Virus record (IMG/VR): IMGVR_UViG_3300050159_000048
DNA: 64,000 nucleotides
From: a virus
Lineage: Duplodnaviria > Caudoviricetes
Direction: 5' to 3' (one strand)
This document shows positions 58,771 to 64,000 of the stretch, in pieces (position 1 is the stretch's first letter; each line of letters begins with the position of its first letter). Under the pieces are notes generated by a model. It was not told the DNA's origin, made no database searches, and worked only from the letters and a program-made list of their open reading frames with translations. Made by a program: the position numbers and the translations under genes.

Positions 58771-60201
58771 TTATCCAAGAATGTCAAATCCACTCATTGG
58801 ATTACTGAATTTGGATGATAGATCGCTTGCTGCGGTTACAGCCGAACTGTACAGCGTTTGAGCTTGAGCTGTTGCCGTATTCATCAGGTTCTGTGCAGAC
58901 GTGCTCAAGCTTGACAGCGGGTTGCTAACAACCGATGCGAGTGTAGATGACTTGTTTGGTGCTCCGACATACCGTAGCGGATAGTACGCACCACGTTGAA
59001 GATCGGCAAACGAAGCCGTTGACATATCAACATCAGGCTCGAGGTACAAACTGTCATATCCAAATGTCAGGGACAGTTCGTTCCCTTCGCTTCCTGCTGA
59101 CATATCAACATCATCGAGGGCGAGCGTAGTGATACGTGGGTTGGAGAAGTGCCATACATTCATCCGGTTGCCGTTGTCGAAGATGTGGTACATGCGGATC
59201 TCAGAGAAGATACTTTTTACATCTTTGTTTAGAGGACCGGTAGATGCAGAGTACACGTTTGCGGGAATGTGCTGCAAAATTTGATCTGCTGCGAGCACAC
59301 TAGTGTCACTGTACGACATGCTATCCTGCTCTAGGATGCTTGGTGTTGTCCCGCCGTTGCTTGGGTTCATGCCAGATGACGGAATCATGGCACGCAAGTA
59401 GGAGTGATAGAACGTGGTGGCGTAGTTCATATTGTCGTCGTGGAACGACATGGTCATGTCTTCGTACTCTGTTTTAGTAAGAATTTTGGTACGATGGCCG
59501 TAATAGTTTGCGTCTTCGTATATGAACTTAGGATTTGGCCGCGTAGACTTCTTTACAGCAAAGGCCATGTTCAATGGCCCGGTGGCCGTATTCAGCTCAG
59601 CGTACGCTCCGTTTACCACGAATTCAATTACAAACAAGAATTTGTATTTTGGTGCTCGAGCAATCAGGTCAACGGCGTATGGGGAATACTGGCAGTGTTC
59701 TCCTAGCGATGATTGCACGTCGTCCCCACCAGGCGTAAAGATGCTGCGGCCGAGACGTTCCAAGTTCTGGAAGTCTTGTAGTACATTGGGGATGTCACGA
59801 GCTTTGAATTTGCCACGTTTAACGGAGTCAAACACTACCTTTGCCTGTCCGTATGCCTGGTTTGCAATTTCGGGATGGAAGCCGCGTAGGGTGTCGACTA
59901 CGGAGGGGGCAATGCCCGTTGTTTCAAGCACCCAGTTTGCACCGTTGTCAATGGATGATCCAATCGAAGACGGGAGTGCTCCGTTCCCCACACGAATGGT
60001 GTTTGAGATGCTGGCAAGAGTGCGTAGTCCTGCACCGACTTTGCCGGCGCCCACACTATTCAATACGGCTAGGTCACCGACTTTGCCTATAGCATTGAAA
60101 AAGTCGCGGCGAGCACTCGTCGCACTGCCAATGCTTGCGCCACTACGGTCAGCATAAGATGGCTCACATTGTTTAACGGTAAAAGTACGTGGATCACCCA
60201 T
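58771..60201 (-). CDS. baseplate hub / tail tube initiator-like protein
   Basis: C-terminal tube-type fold (AVKKSTRP, MSFHDD, LSLTFGYD); TAAATA 60222-60227. Confidence 0.55.
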   Translation of the reverse strand: MGDPRTFTVKQCEPSYADRSGASIGSATSARRDFFNAIGKVGDLAVLNSVGAGKVGAGLRTLASISNTIRVGNGALPSSIGSSIDNGANWVLETTGIAPSVVDTLRGFHPEIANQAYGQAKVVFDSVKRGKFKARDIPNVLQDFQNLERLGRSIFTPGGDDVQSSLGEHCQYSPYAVDLIARAPKYKFLFVIEFVVNGAYAELNTATGPLNMAFAVKKSTRPNPKFIYEDANYYGHRTKILTKTEYEDMTMSFHDDNMNYATTFYHSYLRAMIPSSGMNPSNGGTTPSILEQDSMSYSDTSVLAADQILQHIPANVYSASTGPLNKDVKSIFSEIRMYHIFDNGNRMNVWHFSNPRITTLALDDVDMSAGSEGNELSLTFGYDSLYLEPDVDMSTASFADLQRGAYYPLRYVGAPNKSSTLASVVSNPLSSLSTSAQNLMNTATAQAQTLYSSAVTAASDLSSKFSNPMSGFDILG

Positions 60202-60224
60202 GAAAATCTCCAGATTTGGAGTAT

Positions 60225-60602
60225 TTATGGGTGCGTAAACTTCCTCTGCCTCCAGTGATCAGCTCGAATTTCAACTGTCAGCAGCTCTTCGTGCAACCAG
60301 TTAGCGGACTGAATCCAGCACCCTTCGAGAGTACCTGAGTAATCCGTATCCAGGCCCAGAAGCTCAAGACTGCATTTTGCTGAGAGTCCAGACCTGAGCT
60401 GTGCGTCCAGTTGTTCGTTGATCAGTGACGCCAAGTGCTGATTATCAGCAGTTAGAGGGATATTGATAGTCACTGGAGCCCACACCAACCCAACGGTATG
60501 CTGACTGTTTATGGGATTGGTTATTGTTGCCGATTCAACGACGCCATCACCAACGGCCATTTTGTGGGCCGCTGTTGTTATTGTTATTGCTGCATTAGTC
60601 AT
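60225..60602 (-). CDS. short tail-tube paralog
   Basis: LEGCWIQSANW..LTVEIRADHWRQ matches tube MEGCWLKEVDW..LTIRFDHARQ. Confidence 0.55.
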   Translation of the reverse strand: MTNAAITITTAAHKMAVGDGVVESATITNPINSQHTVGLVWAPVTINIPLTADNQHLASLINEQLDAQLRSGLSAKCSLELLGLDTDYSGTLEGCWIQSANWLHEELLTVEIRADHWRQRKFTHP

Positions 60603-60638
60603 CCGGTTAGCGTAACCCCGCTCATTCAACAAGTCAAC

Positions 60639-60666
60639 AAAAAAGGGTGCCGAAGCACCCTTTTTT
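60639..60666 (-). terminator. intrinsic terminator after tail tube
   Basis: GGGTGC-TTCG-GCACCC-TTTTTT on the minus strand. Confidence 0.9.
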
Positions 60667-60681
60667 CAATCACCGTAATGA

Positions 60682-61272
60682 TTAAATCTTACCTGCGCCG
60701 CCTGTGGCAATGCCCAGACCTTGATCGTAACCTCCAAGACTCTGACGAGCGTGGTCGAAACGAATCGTTAGGTTGATGTTCACAGCATCAGATGTGGAAG
60801 CGTAGTCCAGATCCGTCCAGTCAACTTCCTTCAGCCAGCAACCTTCCATCGTCCACTTTTCAACAACCTGATCACGGCCGTCGAGCATGTCGATGTAGGT
60901 AACGAACTTGTACAGCGAACCTTCGCCAGCTGCGCCCAACCATTGGCCTTCTGCACCAATCAACCACTGCTGCTTTTGCAGTTGAGCTTGAATGACGCGC
61001 GATGCTGCTGACGTAATGTCATCTTGAATCGTTAGGGACATTGGATCCCACGTATGCTTACCAGCAACCCATGCGGTTGAGTTGTAGCGATGCAATTCAA
61101 TTTCGCTCTTAGACAGCTTCGGGCGGGTAACAGTGATGGCTTGCATTGACACAGGGATGCTGTTTTCGCCGCCTCCCATGCCTGCAAATGTTACACGCCA
61201 GCGGTTCTTGTGCTTAGGATGCGCAATACCAGAGCCGACGCCAGGGATACCAAAATCATTAATTGTACTCAC
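60682..61272 (-). CDS. tail tube protein (gp19-like)
   Basis: follows sheath; AGKHTWDPMSLTIQDD, LTIRFD. Confidence 0.88.
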   Translation of the reverse strand: MSTINDFGIPGVGSGIAHPKHKNRWRVTFAGMGGGENSIPVSMQAITVTRPKLSKSEIELHRYNSTAWVAGKHTWDPMSLTIQDDITSAASRVIQAQLQKQQWLIGAEGQWLGAAGEGSLYKFVTYIDMLDGRDQVVEKWTMEGCWLKEVDWTDLDYASTSDAVNINLTIRFDHARQSLGGYDQGLGIATGGAGKI

Positions 61273-61297
61273 GGTTGTTCTCCTTTTGTCTCTCTAT

Positions 61298-63274
61298 TTA
61301 GATTTCCGTGCCTGTTGCAACAACGCGGATTGGGATGTAGATGAATTCAGCTGCGCGTACTGGCTTCAGTGCAATGTCGATGTACATCTCGTTGCGGTCG
61401 ATGCGGTCAGCAGTGTTGTTTGATTCATCACAAATCGTCGCAAAGTCGTAGAGGCCGCGCTTGGTGATCAGGTCACCAAGGAATCCGTCTACGGCAGCCT
61501 TCAGGTTGTCGCGAGTCAGTTGATCGTTTGGTTCAAACACAAACGGCATGGTGTTCTTGCGCAGTTGACGACGAACGTAGCCAAGCAGACGTTCAACGTT
61601 GATGCGGTCACGAGCCGAAGCAGCAGGCGCCGAGGTCTTTTGACCCCACACAATGATGCCACGACCTGGGAAGAACACGATCGGGTTAATGTTTGTGAAG
61701 TATTTGTACATGTTGTCACGCTGACCTTGGTTCAGAGCAACTGGTACAAATGTTGTAGCAGCACCCAATGTACCGGTGACGTAGCCAACGTCTGACAGAC
61801 CAGATACCAAGCCACGGCGAGTACCTGCTGGCGCAAACCACAGTTCCGACACATCGTCGCTGTATGTCAATGTGCGCAGAGCAATGCCCGAAGCTGCAAC
61901 GAATACGTTGGTGCCGTCGAGGTTGGACGCAAAGCCGTGTGGGTAGTAGTAAGCGATGCCAACGCCAGTACGACGTGCGGTAGTAGCTGCCCACGTGACC
62001 ACATCTTCAGGCGACAGGTTCATTGGTGTATCAGCAATCACAAATGCTTCGTCTTGGATGTCCGTGCGCAGGGCCAGCATTTCGTCAGCAACTTCGTGGT
62101 AGCCTGGGCACAGGATCAAGTTGTACTCATACGATTCAGAACGGATGTCAGTATTGCTGTTGACTGCTGCTTGAAGAGCATTGACAATTGCAACACGACG
62201 CGCCGCATCGTTAGCACCAAGACTTGTTTGGTCACGGAAGGTAATCGTGTACTTAAACTGGTCTCCCGATCCAAGTAGCAGGTTTGCTGCTTCTTGGGCA
62301 GTAAACTCCGTAGCTACAACACTACCTTGTCCACCGTTCACGAATGCTGCAGTGTCACCCTTAAAGCCTTTGAAAGCGCCAACAGCTGGTTGAGTGTAGC
62401 CGTTAGGATACATTGGTTGAGGGACAGCTGTCACATCGTCAGTGAAGCTAGCTTGTGAGTTGCGGAACGAGAACTTCTGCCAAACAGCCGTAGTAGCGGT
62501 TGCTGCCAGTGATTCAACTGTGGCTTTAGCAACGGTTGACTTGTATCCTGTGATAGTTGCAACAGTTAGTTGGAAGCCCGTACCGCCAGTCAGAGCTGCA
62601 GCGGTCAGGATGTTGCCAACTTGATAGCCGGTGCCACGCATCGTAGGTGTGATCGAAGCGCTTGTAACAGTTCCGCCTGCGCCAACAACAATCGTTGCCG
62701 TTGCGCCAGTACCTGTACCACCAGACAACACGACGTTGGTGTATGTGCCAGGTGTGTAACCCGTACCAGCCGTAACCGTGACAGTGTTGACGAGACCAAC
62801 GCTACTGACGACGAAGCCGTTAGATAGGTTGTATTCGTTCAAATACGAGTTGATTAGGTTTTCCAGAACGTAGCTGGATTCCTGCATCTTCGTATCCCAC
62901 ATCGTGCGGATACTTGCTAGGTCATCGTCTAGGTTCACGTTGGCGCGGACTACGTATGCGTAGCTACCAACACCAAGGAACTGGTTCAATGCGAATAGAC
63001 CGTATTCGTTACGAGCATCGCCGTGGAACTGACTGCCTGTGGAGTCTTTACGGAACTTCGGAACGCCGTACAGTTCTGTGCTTTGCTTCAACGACGTGAC
63101 CGTACGAATGACGTTGCTTTCAAATGTGCCGGCAGCGTCGGTGACGCCGTCTGCACGCTTCTTCTCATCTGCTGTAGCGATGAAGATTAGAGGTACTGTG
63201 GCCGCAGCCGCAGGGATGAAAAACGATTCATCTGTAACGGTTACGCTTACGCCAGCACTTACGAGGTTTGCCAT
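61298..63274 (-). CDS. tail sheath protein (gp18-like)
   Basis: VSAGVSV, WFAPAGTRRG, INVERLL, ICDESNN, AEFIYI. Confidence 0.95.
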   Translation of the reverse strand: MANLVSAGVSVTVTDESFFIPAAAATVPLIFIATADEKKRADGVTDAAGTFESNVIRTVTSLKQSTELYGVPKFRKDSTGSQFHGDARNEYGLFALNQFLGVGSYAYVVRANVNLDDDLASIRTMWDTKMQESSYVLENLINSYLNEYNLSNGFVVSSVGLVNTVTVTAGTGYTPGTYTNVVLSGGTGTGATATIVVGAGGTVTSASITPTMRGTGYQVGNILTAAALTGGTGFQLTVATITGYKSTVAKATVESLAATATTAVWQKFSFRNSQASFTDDVTAVPQPMYPNGYTQPAVGAFKGFKGDTAAFVNGGQGSVVATEFTAQEAANLLLGSGDQFKYTITFRDQTSLGANDAARRVAIVNALQAAVNSNTDIRSESYEYNLILCPGYHEVADEMLALRTDIQDEAFVIADTPMNLSPEDVVTWAATTARRTGVGIAYYYPHGFASNLDGTNVFVAASGIALRTLTYSDDVSELWFAPAGTRRGLVSGLSDVGYVTGTLGAATTFVPVALNQGQRDNMYKYFTNINPIVFFPGRGIIVWGQKTSAPAASARDRINVERLLGYVRRQLRKNTMPFVFEPNDQLTRDNLKAAVDGFLGDLITKRGLYDFATICDESNNTADRIDRNEMYIDIALKPVRAAEFIYIPIRVVATGTEI

Positions 63275-63338
63275 GTGTGACTCCTAGGGAAATCAAATTA
63301 TGGCATTATTTATCGTGGTGTCCCTCAATTTTCCAAAT

Positions 63339-64000
63339 TTACATGGGCGGAAGGTCGCCGATGTCTGCGATCTTTTCGTACGGGATACCTTGAGCATCAA
63401 GTTCATCCAACATTTCGTAGTTTGTTGATGCACTGGTACCAACAGCACCAATACGTAGAAACACCTTCTCAACGAAGTTACGACGGACATCAGCAGGAGT
63501 GTCAATCCAAATTGGAATTTCAAAATTCAACGTACTCTGGATGATTCGACGGTCTTGTCCCACAGGATACGGAGTATCATTGTTGATGCCTTTTAGCAGT
63601 ACATGAGTTAGCCGAGTCATATCAAACACACCGTCAGATGTTTGAATTACCAGCTGTGGATCGAAGATTGGTAAGATTTGTTCCAGGATTTGAAAGTGTT
63701 GCTCAGAATTGCTTGAGTAGATTGACAGGTCAACATCAATCGTGTACGGCATTGGTTTGCGCTGATACACTACCCTGATGTCATCTGGTGCCAATCCACC
63801 AACTGGAACGTATGCTTGCCGGCGTTCTACCCCAATGCCAACCATTCGTGCTGGATCCATATTGATCCCACGTAGGTACGCACTCATGACAGGGAGCCGT
63901 AACGGCTTGTTTGCTGTATTGTCAGTCATGATTGCTGCAACTACACGGTCCTGGGCTCCGTAGTGAATTGGTACTTCAATCAACCGCTCATCCACAGTAC
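63339..64000 (-). CDS. tail terminator / sheath stabiliser (gp15-like), 5' truncated
   Basis: VPIHYG, RLPVMS, PMPYTI..L, QILEQILPIFDP; frame stays open to the window edge. Confidence 0.8.
   Translation of the reverse strand, partial: TVDERLIEVPIHYGAQDRVVAAIMTDNTANKPLRLPVMSAYLRGINMDPARMVGIGVERRQAYVPVGGLAPDDIRVVYQRKPMPYTIDVDLSIYSSNSEQHFQILEQILPIFDPQLVIQTSDGVFDMTRLTHVLLKGINNDTPYPVGQDRRIIQSTLNFEIPIWIDTPADVRRNFVEKVFLRIGAVGTSASTNYEMLDELDAQGIPYEKIADIGDLPPM

Overview
A 64-kb segment of a large T4-like (myovirus-type, probably jumbo) phage genome. It has no rRNA, CRISPR array or transposase. Left (1-13.4 kb): accessory genes including a PTH2-like protein, lytic transglycosylase, QueD-like, macrodomain, GNAT, tRNA-Ala, tRNA-Pro, a hairpin-rich non-coding block, a Rap1a-like lipoprotein, FolE2, Fe-SOD and half of a split DnaE. 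At 13.4-26 kb: tail-fibre-type genes enclosing a translationally coupled cluster of four radical SAM genes, a DUF3050 heme-oxygenase-like gene, an unknown ORF and a 68-aa peptide ending in CNCNCNCNC. This RiPP-like or virion-modifying system is the main finding. At 26-39 kb: replication and recombination genes (clamp loader, tandem GroES, other DnaE half, UvsW, UvsY, nucleotidyltransferase, UvsX, gp32). At 39.9-64 kb: tail fibres, a glycosyltransferase, NlpC/P60, HD-kinase, terminase, gp4, tail tube plus a tube paralog, sheath and gp15 (truncated by the window edge). A TAAATA late-promoter motif precedes about 20 genes. All product calls come from motifs recognised by eye, with no database searches.
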